A stretch of 64,000 bases of DNA from Histomonas meleagridis 2922-C6/04-290x (Eukaryota; Protista; Parabasalia). Positions 1-9,891 of this stretch are shown here, piece after piece; position 1 is the stretch's first letter, and every line of letters starts with the position of its first letter. A model generated the notes under the pieces. The model searched no databases and was not told the origin of the DNA. It was given only the letters and a program-made list of their open reading frames with translations. A program made the position numbers and the translations under genes. Location: NCBI GenBank assembly GCA_020184695.1, contig JAANOX010000245.1, positions 124,001 to 188,000 of the forward strand, read 5' to 3'.

Positions 1-1
1 T

Positions 2-3000
2 AGTGAATGTCCAAATTTAAAAACTGCTATTGTTGGTGAAGGTTTAACTTCCAAACTTTCCATATTTTCATCATCTCCATTAGAGAATATTACATTTCTT
101 TGTCCAATAGTATCTAATATCTTTCATAATTTATCTTTAATCAATGTACAATTTGGTGATAAAGTTCAATCTATTGAAGCTGAGGTATTTAGAAAATGTA
201 AATCAACACGAAAAATAGTAATACCAAATTCAGTTATTTCAATTGGTGATAATGCTTTTAGAGAATGTACAGGATTAAATACTTTTGTTCTTGGTGAAGG
301 TGTAACAACAATTGGAAAAGATGTATTTCTTGATACTGCTATTGAAGTTTTAACAATTTTAAGTCCTAATGTTTCTATTCCAACAATATCAAAACCTATT
401 ATGTCAACATTATACTATGTAACTATTGGTGGTAAAATAACAACAATTGAAGATTCATCATTCAAAGATTGTGAAGAATTAGAAACCGTAATAATTGAAG
501 ATTCAGTTTTATCGATTGGTAATGATGCATTTTATAACTGTTATTATTTAAAAAATGTTAGAATGTCAAAATCTATTAATTCAATTGGTACTTATGCATT
601 TTATAACTGTAGATATTTAGATACATTAGATATTCCAAAGAATGTTACTGAAATTAAAGAAGGAACTTTCCAATTATGTTCTTCGTTGGAAATAATACTT
701 TCAGATTCAATTGTTTCAATTGGAGATTTTGCTTTTTTTAGAGTAGCTAGTCGTAGTTCTTTTATAATACCAAATAGTGTTACGTATATTGGATCTAATG
801 CATTTGAACATAATTATAATTTAAAGTCATTAACAATTGGAAATTCTGTTAAATCTATTGGATCGAAAGCATTTTATAATTGTTTAGCCCTGAAAAATTT
901 AGTAATTGGTAATTCACTTACTTCTTTTGAAACTGATACATTTAAATATTGTAGGAATTTAATTAATGTAACATTCGGTACATCACTTCAAACAATTGGT
1001 CCTGGTACATTTTGTAACTGTACAAGTTTAGAAAATGTTACTATCTCAAATACAGTTACAAAAATTGATTCAGAAGCATTTTGTAATTGTAGTATGTTAA
1101 TTAGTGTTATAATTGGAGATTCAGTTACTTCAATTGGATCTTTTGCTTTTTGTAACTGTACTTCATTGCCTTATATTGAAATATCATCTAGTGTTAAAAC
1201 AATTGATCAAAAAGCTTTTTCGAGGTGTATGGGGTTAAAAGAAGTTATTATTGGAATTAATGTAAAAACTGTTTCAGAGGATGCATTTGAAAAATGTAAA
1301 ATTACTAATATTACTTTACTTAATGCAAACGCTGCTTATTCAATTACAAGAGATATATGCAGTTATTTAAAAAATGTTATTATTGGAGATGATGTCATTG
1401 CAATTCCTGATAAAGCATTTTATGCATGTACCAGTTTAAAAAATATAAAATTTGGAAATTCAGTTCGTTACATTTATCCAGACGCATTTTGTTTTTGTAC
1501 CTCCATAACAAAAATAACATTAAATAACCAACTTCAAGAAATTAAAAATTCTGCATTTGAGACATGTTATGAAATGATCAGTTTTACAATTCCAGATTCT
1601 GTCAAAAAATTAGGGAATGATGTATTTAAAGAATGTACTTCATTAAAAGAATTTGTTATTGGTAAAAGCTTGGATACAGTTGGAACTGATGTAATAAAAT
1701 ATTGTCCAACAAATCTTACAATTTATTCAGTTACAACTCTTCCAACTATTACACCTCAAATTATTGATACATTAACTTATATAACGTTTGGTAATATAAC
1801 AAATATTCCTGACTATACTTTCGTAGGTTTTTCTTTATTACAAAATTTGGTTCTTCCTGATACTCTTACAATTATTAATAATGAAGCATTTAGTAAATGT
1901 ATATCATTAACAAGTGTAACAATTCCAAATAGTGTAAAAAATATTGAACTTAATGCATTTAGGTATTGCTCTAATTTAACAGAACTAACTTTAGGACAAA
2001 ATTTGGTAAGTACGAGTTCCTATGTATTTGTAGGTTGTCCAATTACTAATCTTACAATGCATTGTTCAAATATAGTAGTTTATTATATTGTATGTAATTT
2101 CGCGTCAACATTACTTTATGTAACAATTAGTGATAAAATTACTTCACTTGGAAAAAATGCGTTTAAAAATTGTTATAATCTTTGCGAAATTAATTTTCCA
2201 AAATCTCTAAAAACAATTGGAAGTTATGCATTTTATAATTGTACTTCATTATCTAATATTTCATTACCAAATTCTGTAGAAACAATTGAAAGTTATACAT
2301 TTTATGGTTGTACTTCATTATCTAATATTTCATTACCAAATTCTGTAGAAACAATTGAAAGTTATGCATTTTGCAATTGTACTTCATTAACTAATATCAC
2401 ACCTCCAGAATCATTAAAAACAATTGGAAGTTATGCATTTCGTAATTGTACTTCATTAACTAATATCACACCTCCAGAATCATTAGAAACAATTGCAAAT
2501 CATGCATTTTATGATTGTGTTTCATTAATTAATATATCTATTCCAGATTCAGTAACAGAAATTGGTGTTTATGCATTTTGCAATTGTTCATCATTAACAA
2601 ATGTAATAATTGGAAATTCTCTTGAAACAATTGATCTTTATACGTTTGCAAATTGCACATCATTATCAAATATTACATTTGGATATTGTGTTACTTTGTT
2701 TGATTTATATTCATTTCGTAATTGTTATTCATTAACATTTATTAAAATTCCTAATAATTTGACTGAAATTAAAAGTTATGCATTCCAAAATTGTTATAAA
2801 TTAGATACAATTATTTTTGGAGAAAAAGTCAAAGAAATTAGCAACACAGCATTTACAAATTGTCAACTTAAAAATATTACAGTTCTTGGTGTTAATGTTC
2901 CACTTTCATCAATTAAAAATCAATTCATTTCATCTTTAGAAGTATTTATTATTGATAACTCGGTTAATTTTAAGAGTTTTGATTTATCAAATTGTATAAA

Positions 3001-4684
3001 ATTAACAAATGTTTATTTGGGTAAATCATTAACAGAACTACCTAAAAATGCTTTCAATGGCTGTAAATCATTAGAAAGTATTATAATTCCTAATTGTAAA
3101 ATTAATGATTATGCATTTGCAAATTGTGCTTCATTAAAGAATTTTACTATAAATAAATCGATTGAAACAATTAATTCATATGTATTTGCAAATTGTACTT
3201 CATTAGAACATTTTGTTTTCCCTGAGAATGTTACTATGATATCAAATTATTTGTTTTATAATTGTACATCTTTAAGACATATTCAATATGGTAAATCAAT
3301 GACTGAAATTGGTAGTGGTGCATTTGCGCATTGTATTTCATTAGAAAACTTTACAATTCCAAATTCAATACTTCTAATAGATTATCGTTCATTTATGAAT
3401 TGTACATTTAAGATTGTAACAATTAGTAATTCTGTTACTATTATTGACTCTGAATCATTTTCTAAATGTCCTTATTTAGAAACTTTAGTTCTTGGAGAAA
3501 ATGTTCAAAAAATTGAAAAAACTGCATGTAAAAATACTCCAATTAAAAACTTAACAATTCTTAGTCCGAATGTTACAATTGAAGATTTTGCAGAAAATAT
3601 TCAATCAACTCTAACTAATTTAATTATTGGTGATAAAATAGACACAATTAAAATGTTTTCATTTTGTGAATGTTACACTTTAACCAATGCAAAAATTGGA
3701 AATTCTGTTACTCTAATAGATCAAAAAGCATTTAATGGTTGTACTTCTTTAGTAAGTATTAATATTCCTAACTCAGTTATTAAGATTGACACAGATGCAT
3801 TTTATGGTTGTACTTCTTTAGTAAGCATTCATATTCCTAACTCAGTTATTACGGTGAGTGGTTATGTATTTTCTTATTGTACATCATTAAAAGATATAAT
3901 ATTATCAGAATCGTTGCAATCCATTGCTATTAAAGTGTTCTTCCATTGTCATAGCTTAGAAAGTTTAACACTTCCAAAATCTGTGGATATGATTTATGAA
4001 TCTGCATTTAGTTTTTGTATATCATTAAGAAGCATTAATCTTAATAATGTATGGTTCATACGTAAAAATGCATTTTTGAATTGCACTAATTTAAATTGCA
4101 TATATTTCACAAGAAAGAATGAACCAAGTATATATGATGGCGCATTTAATGGTGTTCCTGCAAAATATGTAATGACACAAAGTAATTACATTGGTTCCAC
4201 TTTCGGTCCATTCCAAGTATCTAAAGGAGTAATCCAAGGATGTCTTCCATTCGAATTATTACCGACTATACCAATATCAACACCAACACAAAACCCAACA
4301 TATGCAACTTCGACTTCGACTTCAACTTCGACAAGAGTACCAACAAATAGACCACGTACGCCAACAAAAGAAGTGGTCACTGTGATTGGCCACACACCAG
4401 ATTTCTCTGATTCTAATCAAAATCAAGAAGGTAATAGCGAAACTGGTGGAATAATTGCTGGCGTTGTGGTGGCTGTCGTAGTTGTCGCTGCGGGTTTGAC
4501 GGCATTTTTCGTATGGCGAAGAAGGAAAATTATTAAAAATGTATTCGATGACGACAATGCACTTGGATATGATCAAAATAATAACGAAAATGGAGAAAAA
4601 AATGGTGATGAAGAACAAAAGATTGAACATAATGATGAAGATGTAATGAATGATGAAAATGAAATGGAAGATCTTTTCGTATAA
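2..4684 (+). CDS. BspA-like (TpLRR/LRR_5) leucine-rich-repeat surface protein, 5'-truncated by the window edge
   Basis: Dozens of 23-aa repeats of the type CxxLxxIxIPxSVxxIgxxAF, then a Ser/Thr/Pro stalk, a TM helix (GIIAGVVVAVVVVAAGLTAFFVW) followed by RRRK, and an acidic tail. The frame of the 401 ORF stays open back to base 2 (SECPNLKTAIVGEG...). Confidence 0.92.
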   Translation, partial: SECPNLKTAIVGEGLTSKLSIFSSSPLENITFLCPIVSNIFHNLSLINVQFGDKVQSIEAEVFRKCKSTRKIVIPNSVISIGDNAFRECTGLNTFVLGEGVTTIGKDVFLDTAIEVLTILSPNVSIPTISKPIMSTLYYVTIGGKITTIEDSSFKDCEELETVIIEDSVLSIGNDAFYNCYYLKNVRMSKSINSIGTYAFYNCRYLDTLDIPKNVTEIKEGTFQLCSSLEIILSDSIVSIGDFAFFRVASRSSFIIPNSVTYIGSNAFEHNYNLKSLTIGNSVKSIGSKAFYNCLALKNLVIGNSLTSFETDTFKYCRNLINVTFGTSLQTIGPGTFCNCTSLENVTISNTVTKIDSEAFCNCSMLISVIIGDSVTSIGSFAFCNCTSLPYIEISSSVKTIDQKAFSRCMGLKEVIIGINVKTVSEDAFEKCKITNITLLNANAAYSITRDICSYLKNVIIGDDVIAIPDKAFYACTSLKNIKFGNSVRYIYPDAFCFCTSITKITLNNQLQEIKNSAFETCYEMISFTIPDSVKKLGNDVFKECTSLKEFVIGKSLDTVGTDVIKYCPTNLTIYSVTTLPTITPQIIDTLTYITFGNITNIPDYTFVGFSLLQNLVLPDTLTIINNEAFSKCISLTSVTIPNSVKNIELNAFRYCSNLTELTLGQNLVSTSSYVFVGCPITNLTMHCSNIVVYYIVCNFASTLLYVTISDKITSLGKNAFKNCYNLCEINFPKSLKTIGSYAFYNCTSLSNISLPNSVETIESYTFYGCTSLSNISLPNSVETIESYAFCNCTSLTNITPPESLKTIGSYAFRNCTSLTNITPPESLETIANHAFYDCVSLINISIPDSVTEIGVYAFCNCSSLTNVIIGNSLETIDLYTFANCTSLSNITFGYCVTLFDLYSFRNCYSLTFIKIPNNLTEIKSYAFQNCYKLDTIIFGEKVKEISNTAFTNCQLKNITVLGVNVPLSSIKNQFISSLEVFIIDNSVNFKSFDLSNCIKLTNVYLGKSLTELPKNAFNGCKSLESIIIPNCKINDYAFANCASLKNFTINKSIETINSYVFANCTSLEHFVFPENVTMISNYLFYNCTSLRHIQYGKSMTEIGSGAFAHCISLENFTIPNSILLIDYRSFMNCTFKIVTISNSVTIIDSESFSKCPYLETLVLGENVQKIEKTACKNTPIKNLTILSPNVTIEDFAENIQSTLTNLIIGDKIDTIKMFSFCECYTLTNAKIGNSVTLIDQKAFNGCTSLVSINIPNSVIKIDTDAFYGCTSLVSIHIPNSVITVSGYVFSYCTSLKDIILSESLQSIAIKVFFHCHSLESLTLPKSVDMIYESAFSFCISLRSINLNNVWFIRKNAFLNCTNLNCIYFTRKNEPSIYDGAFNGVPAKYVMTQSNYIGSTFGPFQVSKGVIQGCLPFELLPTIPISTPTQNPTYATSTSTSTSTRVPTNRPRTPTKEVVTVIGHTPDFSDSNQNQEGNSETGGIIAGVVVAVVVVAAGLTAFFVWRRRKIIKNVFDDDNALGYDQNNNENGEKNGDEEQKIEHNDEDVMNDENEMEDLFV
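2211..2500 (+). repeat. Recent 69-bp tandem LRR unit duplications inside the BspA gene
   Basis: AAACAATTG(G/A)AAGTTAT-like unit starts at 2211, 2280, 2349, 2418 and 2487 (period 69 nt = 23 aa), with near-identical neighbours. Confidence 0.9.
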
Positions 4685-4826
4685 ATATGAAAAATCGTCG
4701 AAATAAAAATTTCGATATTTATTCGGTAATTTTACTGATGAGTTTAAAACTATGGCAGATGTGAAATTATTTTTTAAAGATTTGAAACTATAGATTGAAT
4801 ATATCAATAATACGAAACTTTTTTGG

Positions 4827-5780
4827 ATGCATTTTGTATCAATTCTTCTTTATAAAGAACCGAATTATGATTTACTTCTTCATGAAACGAAATGTTTTCA
4901 TCGAATTCTTGAAATTTCATTTCAACTTATAAATGAAAATTTTGTTTTAAAAAATTTATTATTATTTCCAACTTTTGTATCTATTTCAGGATTTCTTCAA
5001 CGCGATCTTTCAAATATCAATGAAGATGACATTAAAAATCTTTATATATTATTATATCAATCATTTGATCAAGTAAATATTAAACACAATCATGTAATTA
5101 TTAATTGTTTATATAAATTAATTGAATATCAAAATGAATTTTTTTTTGAATTTTCAGCGCCAAATAATTTTAATGAAATATTAATGAAATCATTAAAATT
5201 TAATGATGTTTCATTAATTTATAATTCACTTATTACTATCTCAAAAATTATTACGATGAATATTTCATATATTAATATGAAAGAACTTTTTTGTCGATTA
5301 AATATAATATTTGAAGCATATTTTGATCCTGGTATTCAAGAAGAATCAATTCAAATTTTAATTATATATTGTGAAAATTATGAATATCATGAAGAAATTC
5401 TTTCATCAAATCTTTTGGATAAATGTATCCAAATTCTTCAAAATTGTTCAATTGTGATTAAAGTTAATATAATTGAAATGTTTTGTGCACTTCTTCAAAG
5501 TTGTGCTCAAAGTGATTTAATTAAAATATTTGAAATTGTTCATAACATTTTTGATGTATTTTTTGATTTATTATATGTTGAAGATATTCATATTGGAATA
5601 ATTTTAAATGGATTTTCAAGTATTTTGGATAAATTATCATCGACCGAATATTTTGAAAGTGTTAAAGAAGAAATCATTGAAGGGATTGGTGAAGATCTTT
5701 TAAATCAATTTGCATTTGATTCAGATTGTGAAATTTCATCTAATGCTCGTTATTTAATTGACCATTATTATTCCGAATGA
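4827..5780 (+). CDS. ARM/HEAT-like helical repeat hypothetical protein
   Basis: 317-aa ORF with a Leu/Ile-rich amphipathic helical pattern. An in-frame upstream ATG at 4752 is separated by one TAG at 4791. Confidence 0.6.
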   Translation: MHFVSILLYKEPNYDLLLHETKCFHRILEISFQLINENFVLKNLLLFPTFVSISGFLQRDLSNINEDDIKNLYILLYQSFDQVNIKHNHVIINCLYKLIEYQNEFFFEFSAPNNFNEILMKSLKFNDVSLIYNSLITISKIITMNISYINMKELFCRLNIIFEAYFDPGIQEESIQILIIYCENYEYHEEILSSNLLDKCIQILQNCSIVIKVNIIEMFCALLQSCAQSDLIKIFEIVHNIFDVFFDLLYVEDIHIGIILNGFSSILDKLSSTEYFESVKEEIIEGIGEDLLNQFAFDSDCEISSNARYLIDHYYSE

Positions 5781-5872
5781 ATATTTAAATAAATAAATGT
5801 TTGTATATTAAATAATGAAATTTTTTAATTTTTTCATTTTTTGAGTTCACTTTTTCGGCCGTTTAAATTGGA

Positions 5873-6304
5873 ATGAGTAATCTCTATGAAGTTTTAGGTG
5901 TTTCTCGTGATGCAACGCTTTCAGAGATTAAAAAAGGATACCGATTAATGGCTAAGAAATATCATCCAGATAAACAAACAGAAGTTAATCCAGTTACGAC
6001 ACAAAAATTTTTAGAGATTGTTGATGCATATTCAGTATTAAGTAGTGAAAGTCTTCGAGCATCATATGATAAAGAACTTGAATTAAAAGAAGCCACAAAT
6101 TCGATTAAAGAACAAATCTCACAAAAACGAAAAGATATGATTGACGAGTTAAATATTAAAGAAGCAGAACATAAACTTGGAGATCCACTTAAGCCATATC
6201 GTGAAGATGTTAAAGCAGAATTAAAAAAATTGAATCCTACTTCAAATTCACACACATTTGAAGAGTTTGAACATATTATTATTTCATCATTACTTAATCA
6301 ATAA
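5873..6304 (+). CDS. Small J-domain (DnaJ type III) protein
   Basis: NLYEVLGV...YHPDK...AYSVLS J-domain with HPD motif; TCACT initiator-like motif upstream. Confidence 0.9.
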   Translation: MSNLYEVLGVSRDATLSEIKKGYRLMAKKYHPDKQTEVNPVTTQKFLEIVDAYSVLSSESLRASYDKELELKEATNSIKEQISQKRKDMIDELNIKEAEHKLGDPLKPYREDVKAELKKLNPTSNSHTFEEFEHIIISSLLNQ

Positions 6305-6413
6305 CTTTTTATGTTAATATCATATATTTATATTTAATATTATTAATTTTATTTAATTTTCTATATTCATAAACAACATTTTTGCCACTTTTATAAATGG
6401 TCGAGCATTGCAA

Positions 6414-7652
6414 ATGGTTGTCGACACGAGGCTATATGACATTCTTGGTGTCAGTCCAGATGCAAGCCAGCGTCAAATCAAACGGGCATTTCAACAAAAA
6501 GCACGTGAACTTCATCCAGACAAAAATCATGATGATCCAAGTTCAACGGAACAATTTCAAGAGATAAATGAAGCGTATGAAATTCTTAAAGATCCAAAGA
6601 AACGACGAAGTTATGATCAATTTGGTCTTCAAGGTGTTGATTTCGATTTTGGGAATAATGATAACGATCTTTTTGATATCTTTACGAAGCATTTTGGTTT
6701 CAGTAGTTTTGATGATGTTCATAATTACAGTCATATTCGTCGTTCAGAAGATATAACTTATCCAGTTCAAGTTTCTTTAGAAGATCTTTATAACGGCCGC
6801 ACGATTAAACTCCGCATTAAACGCCAGCGAATCTGCAGCAAATGCCATGGCAACGGTACCAAAGATGGGCGCTATCGCCGTAAGTGTCCCGTCTGCCAAG
6901 GCAAAGGCAGCACAGTCCGCGCGCATCGTCAGGGATCAGTTTTCACGCGCGAGATCAACACGTGCTCCAAATGCAACGGCAGCGGCGAAGTCATAGAGGC
7001 GCGGGACGTATGCACAGAATGCAATGGCGAGTGCACCGTTGAAACTGCGAAATATATTAAAGTCGACATCAAGCGCGGTATGGAGAATGGCGAAACGATA
7101 ATCTTTAAAGGCGAATCAGACGAAGCGCCGAATGTTGAAGCCGGCGATTTGGTTGTTGTCGTTGAAGAGGCGGAACACGAATACTTCAAACGGAGTTATT
7201 CCAATCTTTTGTATGAGAAAGATGTGCAACTCAGCGAAGCGCTTCTTGGCGCTGCGTTTGCAATCCGGCATTTGGACGATCGGATAATCATTGCGCACAC
7301 GCCGGAGGCCAAAGTCATTACACCGAACTGCGTAATGTGCATTGAAGGCGAAGGAATGCCGAAACATAACAACGAACTTCAAAAGGGAAATTTGTACATT
7401 CGATTTAATGTAATATTTCCAATTTACGAACAAATTACGACGGAACTTATTGAGGCGTTAAACAGCATAAACGTGCGGAGGCATAACGAAAGTGTACAAG
7501 CTGACGACGAAGAAGCGTTCGCAGCGCAAATGAGAGATCCGGACGAAGAGGAAACATTCGGAAGTCACCGGAGCGAATACAGAAGACGAAACGAAACATA
7601 TTACACAACAGACAGCGAAAGTGACGAAGAACGTTCGTGCGGAGTTATGTAA
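6414..7652 (+). CDS. Type I DnaJ/Hsp40 (DNAJA/Ydj1-like) co-chaperone
   Basis: J-domain with HPD, four CxxCxGx(G) zinc-finger repeats, C-terminal domain (GDLVVVV, GEGMP, GNLYIRF) and a CaaX end (CGVM). First ATG at 6414; the track start at 6408 is TTG. Confidence 0.95.
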   Translation: MVVDTRLYDILGVSPDASQRQIKRAFQQKARELHPDKNHDDPSSTEQFQEINEAYEILKDPKKRRSYDQFGLQGVDFDFGNNDNDLFDIFTKHFGFSSFDDVHNYSHIRRSEDITYPVQVSLEDLYNGRTIKLRIKRQRICSKCHGNGTKDGRYRRKCPVCQGKGSTVRAHRQGSVFTREINTCSKCNGSGEVIEARDVCTECNGECTVETAKYIKVDIKRGMENGETIIFKGESDEAPNVEAGDLVVVVEEAEHEYFKRSYSNLLYEKDVQLSEALLGAAFAIRHLDDRIIIAHTPEAKVITPNCVMCIEGEGMPKHNNELQKGNLYIRFNVIFPIYEQITTELIEALNSINVRRHNESVQADDEEAFAAQMRDPDEEETFGSHRSEYRRRNETYYTTDSESDEERSCGVM

Positions 7653-8147
7653 TGTGATGTAAATTGTTTCAAATGTATAAATTTAAATAAATTGTAAAAT
7701 ATTATAAATGCAAAATTTAATTTTAAAACGAAAAACAAATTAAATCAGCGAAAGCGCTGCGAATTTGCGTGGAATGCGAACCCGAAAATGTCTTTCGATG
7801 CTTTGTTGTTCTTTAGTAAAACTTAAGACAATTGCTTGTGAAAATAGAGTAAATATTTTGAGTAGTGTTTTATAGTAAGTTAAAGATGGAAACTGAAATA
7901 TTTGGTAGCGACATTTTATTTGTCTATATTGAAATATAATATTAAATAATTTGAATATTTCAAAATGATAAATCATATTTATTTGTTTTCAATAATATTT
8001 ATGTTTTTGCTCCAACATAAAAAAATAATTTAACTTAAACGAAAGAAAGTAATCTTCAGACATTGAATAAAAGCATTTGACAGTATCAAAATATTTATAA
8101 TCAAAAACATTTACAAAATATATAAAATTTTATATTATTTACTGACA

Positions 8148-9514
8148 TTATTCTGTTGCATCATCGTTGTGCATATTGGAATCTTCGCTTGCATCGTTTG
8201 CATGTTCGCTGCCGACTTCTTCTGCTTCTTCGTTATTGCTTTCGTGCTCTGATTTCGTTTCGTTATTTTCTTCGACTTTTTCTTCTTCCGCAGCATTTTC
8301 CTCTTCTTCTGTGTGCTGTGCGTCGCTTTCGTCACTTACAACTTCGCGCGTCTCGTCAAGTGTCGGCTCGGGCACTGGCGGCGGCTCGCGGTGCTCGTCC
8401 TCGTTTTCATTTTCATTTTTCGTTTTCGCTTTCATCAACTTCGTCAATTTTCTCGTTTTCGCTTTCTTTCGCATTTTCGTTTTCGTTTTCGTTTTCGTTC
8501 GCTTCAATTCTTTCGTTGTAGTGCTGCAGCAGCTTCTTGTACCTGTCGTGCCACCCACGTGCGGCATCGATGAACTTCTGCTTTTCGTCTTGCGCCGTTT
8601 TAAGTTCTGCATTGAGAATTTGATTCTTTTTTCGTAGTTCGTTATTCTCCGCTCGGAATTTATTGATTTCGCTTTGCAGCGCGTTCATGCTTTGCGACAT
8701 TCGAAGACATTTCTCTTCCGTTTCTTGAAGCTTTTGCTGCAGTTCGCCACTCTCTGTATTAGTGCTTTGAAGCTTTAAGTGCATAAGCTCTGAGCGCGTG
8801 CTGAGTTCTTCTTTTTCTGCTGCAAGTGATGAGTTTTGCTCACGAAGTAAAGAAACTTCGCTTTGAAGTAACGAAAGAGTCTGCTGCGCATCTGTAAGTT
8901 GATTACTAAGTTCGGATAATTCGGAATTGTTCTCTGAACGTTTTATAAGTAACTCACGAAGTTCTGTAAACATTTGTGTCGTTTCTTCAATTTGAACTTG
9001 ATATTGAAAAAGATTCTTAAAATATGAAATAATGGATGCTTCCCGTTGATCATAACGCTCAACTGCAGATTTATACTGTTGGAGACTTAAACGAAGATTT
9101 TGGTTTTCTTTCTGAAGTCGTTGATTTTCTGAATCACTTTCAATAAGCATTTTTAGTAACTTCATTAAAATTATGTCGAGTTGTTGTATAATCTGTGATA
9201 ATTGTATTAATATTACTTACAAGATTGTTATAAGAAAGTCGAAATGTTTCATAAAGTTGATGAAAATATTCATTTGAAGCAACTAATGCAACATTTTCAG
9301 ATGAGTAATTTTGCAATTCATCAAGCATAGCTTGAATAAAATCAGCAATATTCTTATTGAACTTTCTTACAATGTTTTTAAAATGTAGAAGAAGAACCAC
9401 TCCTAAACTCATATAAAAATCTTTTGTCACTTGAACACGTTGATCAAGTTCATGTAAAAAATTTTGTTGGATTTTGATGATTTCTTCCATTTGGCGCAAA
9501 ACAGGCCCCCCCAA
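8148..9514 (-). CDS. Coiled-coil protein with acidic low-complexity tail, split by two +1 frameshifts
   Basis: ORFs 9514-9140, 9165-8413 and 8612-8148 join if one base is removed from each of the T5 runs at 9150-9154 and 8416-8420 (NEVTK-MLIESD; ENE-NENENEDEHREPPP). The 5' end is uncertain. Confidence 0.6.
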
Positions 9515-9891
9515 ACAAGAGGACGTTTATTATAAAATGTAAACGGCCTTCAATTATTTAAAAGTCATTTTTCCACATGGAATTATAGAAATCATTATAA
9601 ATGAACAACTTCTATTTCTTATTAAAGGTAATTTTGATTGCAATATTTTGCTTTTTACTCATCGAATGTTGCAGAATGAATTTTTATGTCTAAAATTGCA
9701 CGTTTATAAACAAAGAGCCTCATAATTTCTAAAATTATCTTATTGCGTATTGCATTAGAGAACTTATTTTAGGCGTCAAAACATTGCAATAACCAAAAAT
9801 CTGATAAGCAATCAGACAACTTAAAGTTATTTCTTTATTAAATTCATTGGAAACATTTCGAATGTTCTGAAAGTTTTTCCACAAAACGATT

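Noticed and set aside
8410-8420. Euplotes-style AAA-stop +1 programmed frameshift
   Set aside because: Only one of the three +1 sites has AAA directly followed by a stop, and homopolymer error explains all three.
8135-8637. Multiple overlapping ORFs in GC-rich or low-complexity segments (also 18213-18770)
   Set aside because: These are shadow frames of GC-rich coding sequence with few stops and no recognisable domains.
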